Positions 25,877 through 39,500 of a stretch of 64,000 nt of DNA are shown here, piece after piece. The notes beneath the pieces are model-generated. The model did not search any database, was not told the origin of the DNA, and saw only the letters and a list, made by a program, of their open reading frames with translations. This DNA comes from Kudoa neothunni (Eukaryota > Animalia > Cnidaria). The stretch is from positions 85,948 to 149,947 of the forward strand of contig OZ199838.1 in assembly GCA_964304625.1 (NCBI GenBank), given 5' to 3'. Positions within the stretch are counted from its first letter, which is position 1. Each line of letters begins with the position of its first letter. The position numbers were made by a program, and so were the translations under genes.

Positions 25877-28800
25877 TTATTCTTTTGGAACACAACATCC
25901 GTTAACGCAAACCTAAATCAAATAATTCTTCCGTATGGAAGAGTTGCAAAAATAAAATTATTACCATTGATTCGCCACAAACGTATCCATCGGGTACAAC
26001 ACTCAAAGACTCGGGAGCACTACTAAAAATATTGTTAATACGCATGAAAAAGTCGCTGTACTGGCATGTAATAATGGAGCCGTCACTCTCAACCATGTAC
26101 TCTTTTATACTCTGGAGTTCAAATGCTGATGAAGCTTCACACCAGATTCTTGGGCATCGAGGATCTCTATGATTAAATTAGATTATTTAATATATCAATA
26201 AAAACTAATTTAAACAAAAATTTGTTTATATATTTAATGATAATCAAAAAGATTGAAACAATTTATTTATCGATTAACTTTTTTATTAACCAAATATATA
26301 ATTGTTAATCCGTTAAACTAACAATTCGTTTTTATGTATTCTCCAATATAGTGAATTAAAAATTTTCCGTTTGAATCCCGTTATATCATATATTTAATTA
26401 TACTACTTTAAACATTTAAATTCTAGGAGTTATTTGTAACTCAAATAATCACCACAACGCTCAAGGATCGGTTGTAGATTAAAAACTCCATATCCCTCTC
26501 TATATTTTTATTTCATAATTTTGAAAAAAAATATTAAAGAATAATTTTACTTTAAAAAGTTTAATTTATATCAAGTGTTATTTTAAATAACATCTAAATA
26601 TACAATGTTACGAATTCAATTTTTTTTAACCTTTCAAATAAAATGGGGCCCATTTACACCCCAAACGATTATTGATTACAATTTTTTTCATTACACACGC
26701 ATCAAATGCAATTCATGTTTCTACTAAGCTTCTAAACTAACGTAATACACATAAAGCGAAAATTAAATTTTAATTATTTTTATTTTAACTTAAAGTAAAG
26801 ATAAAAAAACCTCCGAGTAAAATTTGGGTGTAAATACACCCCAACGTTTTTTTTTTGATACAATTGTTAAATTTGTTTTATGAAATATATTTGGAACTTT
26901 TTAGATAATTCTAACTGTTAAATAACCCTTAAATTCGCAATAACTTATTCAATTTATTTGGTGCACATGTGCGAAAATAATGAGTTCTTGCGACCACGGG
27001 GATAGTGATAGTCGTTTTGACATTGGTTCTTCTTATTATGATTTCTTATCTGATAATAAAGATTATACCACTAATGTATTATTAGACTTAATAGTTGATA
27101 AAAATGGAATGCTATGGACAGTTGAAAACCCCATAGCTTCTACATCAACTGAAAATATTATAAATAATCGCCCCGGTGTTTACCCTACATATCTCAAAAT
27201 TTTAACGAAATTGTTGCTACTTTTTAGGTGCTATGTAATCTGAATATGTATAAGTTGATTTTAAAGTTTACAAATCAAGATGGGGAAAACTTTTTTGAAT
27301 ATGCTTCGACAAAATCATATGACATCGAACCTAATGACTTCATTGGATGCTAAATTTTAATTGGCACACATAATGAAGAAAAAGAAACTGTTAAAGAATT
27401 ATTTAGATCTGAAGAAGACCGAAAAATATATCGCGATCCCTTTTCATGAACAAGATTTCGATCAATTATACAGACACTTCACTTGGGTGCACTCAGAAAT
27501 TAGCATACCTGAGAAAAGTTAATGACAAATTCTGTCATATCCGGGATCTTTGGAACATTTTTGTTGATTTACTTAATCGTATCTTTCATCTTTATGAAGA
27601 TCTGTGGATCTATGAACAACTTGTTACATTCAAAGATCGCGTGAAGATTCAAGCAGTACATACTAATGTACTCTGTCAAATTTGAGATTAAGTTTTTTTA
27701 TTGGTTGATACTAGTTCAACATAGGTTTGCAATTTATCCATCTACTTCGGTAAATGATCTCAGAATGACACAAGGACTGTTATTTGTTATTGTGGGGGAA
27801 AAATTGTTTTGCAGCGTACGGAACAATTCATAAACTCTGGACCGAATGTCGTTTGTGACAACTTTTGTACGTCAATTGAGTTAGCTGATGAATTGTTAAA
27901 TAGAAAACTTACAATTATTGGAACCATGCGTACAAACCAACGTGATATTCCATTCTATCTACGACCTCAAAGAGCCACCCCCTTTTTATATTCATCTCTT
28001 TTTGTATTTAATAACAAAAGATGATATTCAGGTATTTACCGAGGAAGAACAAGCTTGTCTATATGCTTTGTTCATCTTCAAGTAACACTCACACTGCAGC
28101 TGAAGAGCCATTTCAACCCGACATCGTATTGCAGTATAATGCGATAAAAGAGGGAGTTGACATCATTGCAAGGTTATTGACGTCAATTAGTGTCAGAAGA
28201 ATCAATCATCGTTTGTCACTAATTGTGTTTTTCAATACGATTGGCATTACCTTGAGAAATACCTTTCGTATATTCAAAAAACTCTTTTTTCTGTAAATCT
28301 TAGAAGAAGAGATTTCTTGGAAATGATGCCTGAGCAATTGACACGTCCACTGCTATCAAGAAATCAAAATATTCAACCCTATATTAGATCGATTGTAGAC
28401 AGGGAAACGAATGTTCAAGGTAGATGTCAATTGTGTGAGAGAAAAAATGACAGGAAAACTACCTTAAATTGTGGAATTTTTATTAATTTTTGTTTCATCA
28501 AACATTCGAAATATATTTGTCTTAACTGAAGTAATAAATAATACACATATTAGTTTTTTTTATTTGTTTTTATGAATATTGAAATTTTTAAAGAATTGGC
28601 CATTTCTGTTTATACATATAAATTCAAGCATTAATTGATTCATGTAAATTTATCTGGCCGCTAAAATATCCAATCATACCCACGCATGCGCCGTTAAGGT
28701 TTAACAATGTTTTCTCGTTAATTACTTTGAAAATTACTCTACAAAAATTATTTAAAATGCACGGAGATAATTATCTAATATTTTTCAACAATTTAGTTGA

Positions 28801-31800
28801 AATAAAAGTCTGGGTTGTATTTACACCCCAGACTTTATTTCTAAAGGTGTAAATTTTTTACGAGACTTAGAGAGTTAAAGAATTATAGTATCAACGATGA
28901 TAGAAAAATTGACGCTATTTCAGAGGAAAAATGAATTACTGTCGAACTTGGATATTGCGTAATTTTCACAAGTTAATTGAAATATAAAGGATAATTTAAA
29001 TTTTTTACTTAAATTTTGCTCGTATGCTGTTTAACTCTTACAGGTCGGTTTTCGGAAGATGTACGTATGTTCCGGTGTGGGGTCCGCGCGGATCCCAACG
29101 GTTATGTCATTATGCAATCGCAATTTTTATAATAACTACCATTTTATATGATTAATATATTATAAAGATAAGGAAACAATTATTAGTTGGTTAAAATTAT
29201 CTATATATATTTGTAAAAAATGGATAGATTAGCAGAATTTTCTGCTGAAGGCAAAGCTTCACAAAACTACTGTGACACTCTCGCACGGAACCGATAGGCA
29301 GTATAAAATAGCTTTTCTATGACCATGATTAAGACATTCAGTAACATTGTTTGTATTCAAGAATATTTAAAGGACCAGCTAGCCACGCCAAGCCGCGTTT
29401 TCCAAGTAACTCGCATTAATATTCTTATAGTGCAGAGGATCATAATTATAACAAAATTGTTCATTGTTAATAAACACAGAAATCACATAATATAATATTT
29501 TTATTAATAAAGTATTAGATTGATTTTATTTACATACCAATAACAGAATTGTTTAATCGCTATAAAAAAAACTTATTTTTAAACTTGTAAGCTTAAATTA
29601 ATCACGATGCATGTAAAGTCCTCAAAAATTGATATCCATATCTACATAGTACGTTTATTTTATCTGAGTATTTTTTCATTTAGAAGACATTTTTATTTCT
29701 ACGTGATTTTAAAATTAAAAAGTAATACGAACAATTAGCCCGATGTTTTTTAGATAGTTTTATTAAAGTTAATTCAACGAAATATAATAAATAAAATCAT
29801 AAACGACGGTAAATATTTCGGAATTGAAATTACCATATGAAGTAAATATTGGTCAGCGATACATTTATTAATTAAAAAAAACAATAACTAATAATTTTAT
29901 AATATTGTACACAAACAACGTAGATTTTAATTCAAGCCTCTAATTCCTCAATAATCTATGGGTGTACATAAAGGTATTTGTCGGGCGATGATATAAAATG
30001 ATAGAAATACAAGCATACTGATTTAAAAGATAGCTATAACATATATTTAATGAAGTTTCATTAATAATTTTATTTTATATACCAATCACAATTAAAAAGC
30101 TAACAAAATAACCCCCTTTATCAAAAACATACACGAAAGACGTAAGTTCATTTCGAATAATCTAAAATATACAAAAACCTTTAAAAGCAACATAAAAAAA
30201 TGATATCTTCTTTTGGGATTCATGGGATTAAAAAATTTTTTCATTTATAAAGTGAAGAGGAAATACAAAAATTGGAGCCCGCGAGGGTTAAAAAACGTTT
30301 TATTATATTGTATAATAAGAAGCTTTAATTATATATAGATTATTTGGTAATTTTAATTTAATAAAAAGTTTATTATTTTAAAAGATAAAAATTTGTTTTA
30401 ATTTTTCCAAATATCGTTTCTAGAAATAAAAGAATTTGTGTCTTTTCTAAAATGAATTAAAGCTAATTGTAGAGATTCTTTTTAAGAGGGTTTAAATTGA
30501 TCACGATTGAGAGAAAAGTATACTTCACTTTTTTTTCACTTGGTGCAGCATGAAGATCTAACATGATTGTCACATCTCTCCGAATGAGACACCACATGTG
30601 CTGTATAGGAAATCAAGTGTTTACTAATACTAAATGGTTACCAGCTGGAAACAATAGCTCACAAAATTCGTCCAAATCATTGCAGGTACCATTATAACAT
30701 TCTCCCTATAATTTTAGTAATTGAATATAACTAATGTGGATCAAAGATTATTATATTACTACATCCTTTCCACAGGGAAATCCATTATAAACTACGCTAG
30801 TTTTTGGACACTTTCTATATAAAAAGAGCAATAATCTTCAAGAAAGAAAATACATATAAATAGTCATGTTGACATTTCTCTACCCAAATGCAACTGCTAT
30901 ACGAAGTCACACAGCTTTTACCATTTTCTATCTTTTATATGTTATAAAATTTCTAGACATTACACATACTTGACAATTAGTGCAACAATCCTCATTGGCA
31001 CATTCGGCTCCAGTTTTAAATTTGCACCTTTCGTGATCACAACAGTCATCCACACCCAACGCTTCACAAGTCTAAAAATAGTTAGAAATTTAAATGAAAA
31101 GTATTTTGGATCAATAGTGGTAGGAAAAAATCGATAATTTATTAATTATTGATTGATATAAATTTTAATCACTTCTCTGTCTCCACAATCACATTCCTCA
31201 CCTTGCTCCCTATCTACTACTCCATCCCCACAGGTTGGAAATATATTTTTCTTAGATAGAATTATCGCAATCATACAAATAATGACATACTTTGGGGCAA
31301 TTTTTAATACAATTTAGTTCAAGTCTATCTAAATGTCTAATCGAACAATTATGAAGTGGTATAACAAAGGCGCCCGGATATCTATTATATCTATTATAAG
31401 TAAGGTTTTAAACAGATAAATCAATAACTTGTCGAAATCGGGAGCGTTCATAACACAATGTCCATTTTCTGAGCCACAACTGCAATATGGATGCTCGGGT
31501 AGGACTTTATTTAAGCCCAACATATTGCCAATTTCGCGAGCCAAGACTCTTCCTGAAAATTCTTTTGATTCATAAGAGTTTAGCTTTAGTAATATTTTTA
31601 AAATATTTTGTGGATAATGATAAACAACTTTGACTATTCCAAAATTTTTCCTAGTACACACAGAGGCCTTATTTGACATTCCAAAAGTGAACTCCTTATT
31701 ACCCCTGTATTTCTGAGAACTAAAATATTTTTTAAATCATGGATCATATTTTGTTATACATTAATATATATATATATATATATGTGATATGGAATTTATG

Positions 31801-32589
31801 TTTTAAGATAAATAATTTATATAATATATTCAAATATATAGATATTATTAAATACGCAGATATGTAACTCACTGAATAATACGACAAAAACCACGGGTTA
31901 CGCGTTTTTAAAATAAAATAATTTTTCATTTTATTTTTAAGAATGAGTTCATCTTTTTGTAGGTATGTTAATGCAAGTATACGATATAATTATTTGAATT
32001 GCTGCGTTTGATTTTCTTTCTTCTGATATAGGTTGATAATTTGCCATGGATTTTGTCCAACTTGCGACCACATCATACGCTGGGTGTGAATGCTTTAGGT
32101 ATACTACGTTAGATACCGATAGTTGAATATTATGCATTGAGAAGATCTAAAATTTATTTTATTTTTCATAATCTCTACGTGTACTCTCTGAGCAGTGTGG
32201 ACCATGCCTTTAATGTTATACATTAATGCCTGTTCAGTCCTGAAATAAGTCTCCTAATTCATCATATTTTTTTTCAGTAAAAATTAATATATCATAAATA
32301 CCACTCTCTTGGTAACAATAATTTCAACATCGATGCATTTCGCAGGACTAATCGTATCAATCGAATTACGTCTCCCGCTTATTACCTATAAGTTTTTATA
32401 ACGCAACAAATTTAAAAATTTTTATCATCAGAATTAATAATTTTCTCAAATATTTTCATAGCGGAAGGTAACTTCATACCTTTAATTTGGACAACTATAA
32501 TACATGTTTATATATAACTAATTAATGTGGCTACCTATAACTTTTGCGTGAATCAACAAAGCTATTAAAAGTATGTTGAGATTTATCAT
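25877..32589 (-). CDS. ADAM/reprolysin (M12B)-disintegrin-cysteine-rich protein, predicted secreted and catalytically inactive
   Basis: Signal MINLNILLIALLIHAKV, then KCIDVEIIV, GMSNKASVCT, zinc-site position AREIGNMLGLNK and Met-turn CVMN. Disintegrin: CGDGVVD..GEECDCG..CCD..CKFKTGAECA..CC..CQ. Cys-rich: CYNGTC, DPRCPRIWC..VPDGYVCGESMVCVNGCCVPKE*. A ~4.3 kb intron spans ~26170-30500. Confidence 0.85.
26630..28874 (+). mobile_element. piggyBac transposon, near full-length, degenerate (inside the ADAM intron)
   Basis: TTAA flanks and ggggtgtaaatacacccc-type subterminal palindromes. Motifs: DKFCHIRDLW..IYEQLV.F, VVCDNF.TS..IGTMR.N, YNAIKEGVD, and the C-terminal CRD CQLC..RKT..C..C..HS..C. Confidence 0.92.
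29035..30287. mobile_element. piggyBac-derived non-autonomous element (inside the ADAM intron)
   Basis: TTAA flanks with diverged TIRs (ctcttacagg / ccctcgcggg) and a subterminal ggggtccgcgcggatccc palindrome. No intact ORF. Confidence 0.5.
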
Positions 32590-34700
32590 TTCTCAAATTA
32601 TTAGGTCCTAAAATAATATTGAAAATTACCATGGTTCAGGTGTTTTATCAAATATGAATCATTAATAATTAGATTTACGAGAATTAAGGGAAATTTTAAA
32701 CAACATTAAAATAATGATAATCGTTTAAAAATATCTATTATGTTTTCATTAAACATGAAAAACCAAAGATTACTTGCTTTACAGTAATGAACTAATGCTT
32801 CAATTGTGTCTTTATGTTTGTTATGCTATCGATATAATAAGTATTTTATGATAATTTATTTGGGGATTATTACAATAATCTGATTTTAATAAAATAATAA
32901 GAAGGAAATAGCTATTGACATGGATCATAATGAAAAGCTAGGTATAGTTTTGATTGTATTTAATTATTTTTAGTTCATCGCTACCGCTTCGAAGGTCCAA
33001 AAATAATTAAATACAACTGATTCTAAAAAATAAAGTTTAGACATAAACTGTAAATAGGAGTTCCCGGGATTAAAAACTTCGGTGTCAATTGCCAGTGCTA
33101 AAACAAATATCCAAATTAATGCATTCTTATTGTTGTTTTAACTATCCTAGGTAAAAGTGCTCCGTGGGTTTTTAATTAATCATCAAAGATTCTACCATAT
33201 ATATTATGAAAATTATATTATTTCTTGTAGTTGTTTTATTTAAATAAATAATTACTTTGATTTGATTTGATGATAAACAAAAAAAATTTGATTCAATATA
33301 ACGATAACATCCATTTCATTCTGATCATTAAAATTATTATTGTCATTGGTTTTCTAGTAATATAATCCAAAATAAACATTTTGACATCGAAATTATTTGA
33401 GACTTTTATCACAAAATATATGCTAACTCAATAAATTATTAAATTATAACTTTTTATAAAACTGACTAAAAATTGTAGGTAAATAAAATAAATTAGTCGT
33501 AGTTTTAAAAGTTTAAAGTACATAAGTTAAAAGCTTCATAGGTGTTGTTTGCATACTTTACGAATCAGTCTAATTACGTTAAATAATCTCATTAAGAGAC
33601 TACAACCTTATATGTTAATTTCGGAGTCGATGTCAAGTTAAAAGTTTCAAAATTTTCCTATAAACACTTAATAATATTTCGTTTATAATATTTTAATTTT
33701 ATAATAGACGGTTGAGAATATATTCATCTATTTACACACGTTATTTTAGTAGTTTAAGCTTTTAACACTGTTATTATCATATTTGTTATGATTGAAAATA
33801 TTTTTCATTATATTAAAAATATATGTATTTTCCTTAAATTCATAATTTTTTATTCGAAGTAATATATGCATGTTTTAATTAGGAAAACTATTTTTTATTC
33901 TTGTATTATATCGGAATAAAGATGTCTACAAAATCAGAATAATGAAATTTAGTATAAACATTGAATGTATAAACGATAACCGGACAATTCTTAGGTAATT
34001 GTTATTTAGAATCATAATTAAATGATTTCAGAAAATGCATTTTCGTTCGTGACAACATTTTTGCTAAATTTTGAATTATTTCGTGATTCGTATTTTCAAG
34101 CACTTTTGTAATTGTTTGGTGTTCGTTCCACCCTGACAGTTTAAAGTTAATCGTTTAAAAAATTGAGTATCGGGATACTTTTTCCTTAAAGGTGGAACTT
34201 TTTTGTTTGCTTTGTTGAGTGTACGTGCATGAAATTACAGAGTCGAACTAACACTTGGAACGGTAATGGTAAAGGAGACGGCTACTAAATTCCAACCGAT
34301 CAACTTCATTTATTTTCACCGATTCTTTCACGATAATTTTTCTTACAATTTTAAATGTTTGACAAGATCGTTCAATTCCCAACAAACTTAATTATAAATT
34401 TTAAGAAATCTTTGGATTAATCCTCCAGTTGTGTTATTTAAGAGTGTATTTTATTAGGATTTAAGTTGTTACTTCCTATTTGTACCATGTATACCTCATA
34501 ATTACACACTTTTCATTGTCCATAATGAATCAGATATTTTTCCCCGTAATCGGGTGGAATAATTCGCGTTAGTAGTAGAAAATATCAGAGGTAATAAGGT
34601 GGGATGTGGCATCTCAAAAACATTCTTCTGCGCATATTTTTTAACGATTGTTTATAACAAAATAAATGAATACCGAGAAAAAGAATTCACGTAATTATGA

Positions 34701-34733
34701 TATCATCTAATTTTGTAACAAAATTAGATGATA
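34701..34733. repeat. Perfect 16-bp-arm inverted repeat with 1-nt spacer
   Basis: tatcatctaattttgt-a-acaaaattagatgata. Confidence 0.95.
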
Positions 34734-35642
34734 CAACACCATCGGTACACGTGAAATCTCCGTTAAATTTCCAATGAATACGAATTTTATTTTGTATACA
34801 TTAATTTTAAATTGATTATGCGCCTTAAAATCACCCTTAATAATGATTCGTTTTCAAAATTATATGATTTAGCCATTGAGTAAACTTCACGCATTTAATA
34901 ATAATAACAACCTATCTTCTATATCTTTAATTATATATTTACCATAAACTTTTTTACTAACCTATCTTAATTAGTTAATACATATTTTAGTTTCTCTATT
35001 TTTTTAGGGGTAAATTTATTTTCAATAAAAGTATTTAGAATCATTTTATCATTTGATTTTTTATAGCAACCAAATAATTAGCTTTTTATTTTCATTACAA
35101 CATTATTGAGTAAAAAAAAATTTATATCAATTAATTTTCCAATGCATATTTTAAAAAAAGCTAAGTACACGAAATAAAAAAATGTCATCCAAATTGCATT
35201 TATGTAATATAATGTACGTTATAAAACCAACCGGAATCCGTGTGTGTACACATTTTTTATTCTTTATAGAAAGACATATCGTTCCATTTGGGCACACATA
35301 TGGAAAGATAATTTTATTTTAACATTGAACTATACGTATACAATTATTGAAAAGTAATTTAATAATTGGACTAATTCAAATAAGGTAAGTTAAATTAGAT
35401 TATGTAGCCCAGCATTAATATGAAATTAATTTGTTGATGTTTAACAAGATTAATCATATTCATACAGTATGATTTAGAGATTACTGCAAACAACAAGGAG
35501 AAAATCGATATTTTATGAGCTCTAAATAGGAAATTTAAATGCCCAGTAGTGTTTATTCGTTTTTAAAAATATTATAAATAAGGATCTAATAAAATTTTGG
35601 ACGCTTACGCTGGCTTTCCTTAATTTCAAATACAATTAAACC

Positions 35643-36191
35643 CAGGGCGTCCACTGCTTGGTTTTTTGTGGTCACCTTGGGTTCTTAGGTTTTTTTTCAT
35701 TCTTCTTTAAAATCTTGGGTTTTTACATAAAATCTGTAAACATTGAATAATAATAATAATAAAACACAAATTTTATTATGTGCGACATTAATATTTATAT
35801 TTTTAATAACGTATCCTACTCAGATTATATCGTGCAGGGTTTAAACATTTACGATATTGACTGACGGTACAATTGTTCAATTAACATTGTCGCACATTTT
35901 TAGGAAATTTAACGTTATTTCAAAATATATCTTGAACTATGAATGGATTAATTCATTCATTCATTGTGAGCATATTGATCTATACTAGACATTAAGTTTG
36001 GATGAATGTTCGCGCCGAAAAACTATAATAATAATAATACGACGATAAATTTAAATTTAATATCTGTAGAGGTATTTGAAGACTCGGAAGATGATTAAAA
36101 ACTTCAATAGATATGATTCTATTTTTTGTTGAACTTTAAACGAGCGTTTTTCTCGACCTTGGGTTTTTCTAAAGTCCCGCTGGCAGCCCTG
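35643..36191 (+). mobile_element. Non-autonomous hAT element (MITE), relative of the 12723 element
   Basis: The left end cagggcgtccactgcttggttttt is identical to 12723, and the right end is ..ctggcagccctg. Perfect 8-bp TSD attaaacc at 35635-35642 and 36192-36199. Confidence 0.92.
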
Positions 36192-36565
36192 ATTAAACCA
36201 CCCAAAACAACGATTCTTAGACCTGATGCGCACGCAAGATACCAAATTTAATAGACAAATTTCCTTTTTTACAAAACTTTGTCATTCGTCACTGCCTTAA
36301 TTTTATGAAAACCTTCTAACTTATTTTATTATGAAAATATTGAAAAGGCATGAGATCGATATACAACCGCATTTTATAATTTCAACTAGGAGATATAACT
36401 TTGCAATCCAGTCAAAAAATGACCATCAATTTCATTGGGAATCTCAACAAAATACTCAATGACACATTCGTAATTTTTTCGTGCGGGATTAATGCGAAAG
36501 AATGAAAAAAGGCGCCACACCACTTTGTCGAGATGTTCACGCACGCGTGTTTTACACAAGTCATT

Positions 36566-39500
36566 ATGTCGAACGTTGACTTGGAGATGCGCCTTAAGGC
36601 ATTGGATTGCATTTTACCATTACAAATAACACATATAGTGGAGAATAATTTTCCAAATTACAAGAGTAGTTCCATAGGAATTTTAATATGATTTTTAATG
36701 GATTATAAATCAAGTTGAAATCGACGATAACGATTGCGTGTGGCTAATATATTCTGAACATATTTATCTGTGGAATTATGCCCTAAACGACAAATTTAGG
36801 GTTATCCTATGACCAAATGATTTTCTATATAATCGCGTTATAGACATATGAATATTTTGAGCTGCCAATACCATCTCCATCATCTTCGGCTGCCAACAAC
36901 GAACAATGGTTTTTTTCTGTTCACCAACAACACTTCGAATAAAAGATCCCACTCATTCTACAAAAATACACCCACACTTCGTAGTGAATCAGCTCCTACA
37001 TATCAAAAAATCTGCCTTATACATCCATTCGGATGGGCAGATAAGGTATTGGTCTAATATTAGGAGTAGAAATTCCTTTGTTGATCAAAAAATTGAGTTG
37101 TATGATCAACTGGATTGCGTCACAAATTAGCATTATTTGATGTATTTATTATAATCAAAGATTTCATGAATTTGAATTTTATTTACTATCCAGATTGGCG
37201 ACATTTTGATAAAAACAACCGACGACAACTTCTACTGTGTCCAGATTAAAAATGTTAGAAATTTAATTTCTCTTTTATCCAATCGATAAATCCACTCTAG
37301 AACGGCTTTGTGATTGACACCATTGAAAACACCACGAATAATGGTATCACTGGAAAACTATCACATTTTATTTCTCGCGGAATCAAATCATTTCTAACCA
37401 AAGCAAAATCAAAAGACAAAAATAATAATTTAGTTTGCAGTGATAATCCGTCCGATTATTACCACAGTGGAAGAGTATATTTTCTCTTTTATTATTATTA
37501 CTAAATTAAATTATTATTAAATTAAATTATTATTATTATTAATTATTACTAAATTAAATTATTATTAAATTAAATTATTATTATTATTAATTATTATTAT
37601 TATTACTAAATTAAATTATTATTATTATTAAATTAAATTATTATTATTATTATTATTATAATAATTAAATTATTATTATTATGATTAAATTATTATTATT
37701 GTAATAATAATTATGTCGGATTACACCACTGTACTATTAATACTCATATTGTTAATTTTTAGAGGTGTCAAATTACCATGACAGAACTTAGTTATACTGA
37801 TATAACAAGTGGACAGTCAAAGTTAGTATAATTAAAAATATTATATTTTTTAATTGGGCAATCAAAAAAATTGAATATTTTAATTTTAGTAATAATTGTC
37901 TTCTTGTTTCTACACCAGTCCGAATTGTCTATCTACCGATTTGAACAAAAGAATCATTGTGAAGTAATTAATTACATATTGTTTAGATATATAATTATCA
38001 ATTAGAAAAATATTCACTATGACTGTTGCGAATATTATCCAAACTAATGTATGACTGATTGTATTTATTTGTAATATTATTCAATTATTTTAGTTTTCAC
38101 ATTTGCAACTTGTTTATGATGAAATCAATCTTTTGAGTATAGCTACAGATAAGTATGTGGAATATGATAGTTAATTCATTCAATTAATATAATCCATTCC
38201 TGATAGTTGTTATCAATCGTATGCATTGGTGGAATGTAGAAAAACCTACCACTCTAAGCAATATTACACTTTTCAGATGTCACTTAGAAATGAACTCGAT
38301 ATCAGATTTTCTAATCTGATAGAGATATGTCCGAATTTTAGTCGAGTTCCATATCTCAAAGTGATATCGTCTTCCAATCTGTTTGCTGTTACTGACGGTT
38401 ATGGGATCTACTTCTATCACTGTAAGTTTCGATTTGAAATAACTCTGCGCATGACAAACAAATTATATTCATAATTAATCTTTAATAATTAATCATTAAT
38501 TCGGCGGTGTAATATCGACTGTATTTAACACCCGAATAATCTCGAGATTTATTATTGTCCTTGTTTGTCTATTCTCGATTTGAATACAGTAAGTAACCGA
38601 TTTTCACGCACTTTTTATTAACCTATTCAGTTAGAATATTGATTGGTCATTGTTTATATAATATGTTTCTTTTAATATTTCTATCAAACTTTTTGTAGAA
38701 ATTATTAAAAAAAGTTGCGAAATAATATAACTAAGTCACGTGATCGACAAATTTCGCGTACTTCTTGTTTATTAGTTAGTTAAGTCAATATTTAATGCCA
38801 ATAAACTATATCTACTGCAGAATATTACTAATTGTCGTGAATGCCTCCAATGTAATGACCCAAAAACTGCCATTGTATCACGTTTTAAAATATCTATTGT
38901 CTCGACTCTTAATGGAATATTTGAGATGAAAAATAAAATAATCCAAACCTATAAATGTTATTAGAATCCAAAAATAGAAATTATTTGCATGCAGGACAAT
39001 TTCATTCTGTTGATGAAGATGTATATGGGTGGATTTAGTGGACATGAAGCAAAAATATTGTAGTAGACTTGGTCACAAAAAATTAATTCGCCTAATAAAA
39101 AGGTTTACATTCATATGCAATTGTGAAATTGTGAAATTGTGAAATTGTGAAATTATTAAATTGTGCAATTGTGCAATTCGTGGTGGGTTTCGCTGTACTA
39201 AAAAATGGTCCAACATTTAAAAATCAAATTTTATTTATTAGTCTGCTGAAACCACTTCAGAGTGGATCGATCAAATAAGAAATTTTTTTAAATATACTCT
39301 AAAAATTCTATTCACAATTAAGACGAACCTGTCTGATTCTACCAATAGCGACTATGGGAGTATTTTCATGGATTGCTGAAAAATAGTTTTTTTGTTGTTA
39401 ATACTTTTATCGAGTTTTAATTTTTTTTAATTAATATATAATTAACTTGCATTTTTAAACGCAATTTAATCATTATTAAATGTTGATTTTATCCGAAATA

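Noticed and set aside
34100-34800. Possible Tc1/IS630 remnant on the minus strand (FIMDN-like motif)
   Set aside because: Only one short motif, with no TIRs and no second catalytic motif.
37490-37712. Repeat array considered as CRISPR-like
   Set aside because: It is a pure A/T simple repeat without unique spacers, in a eukaryotic intron, with no cas genes.
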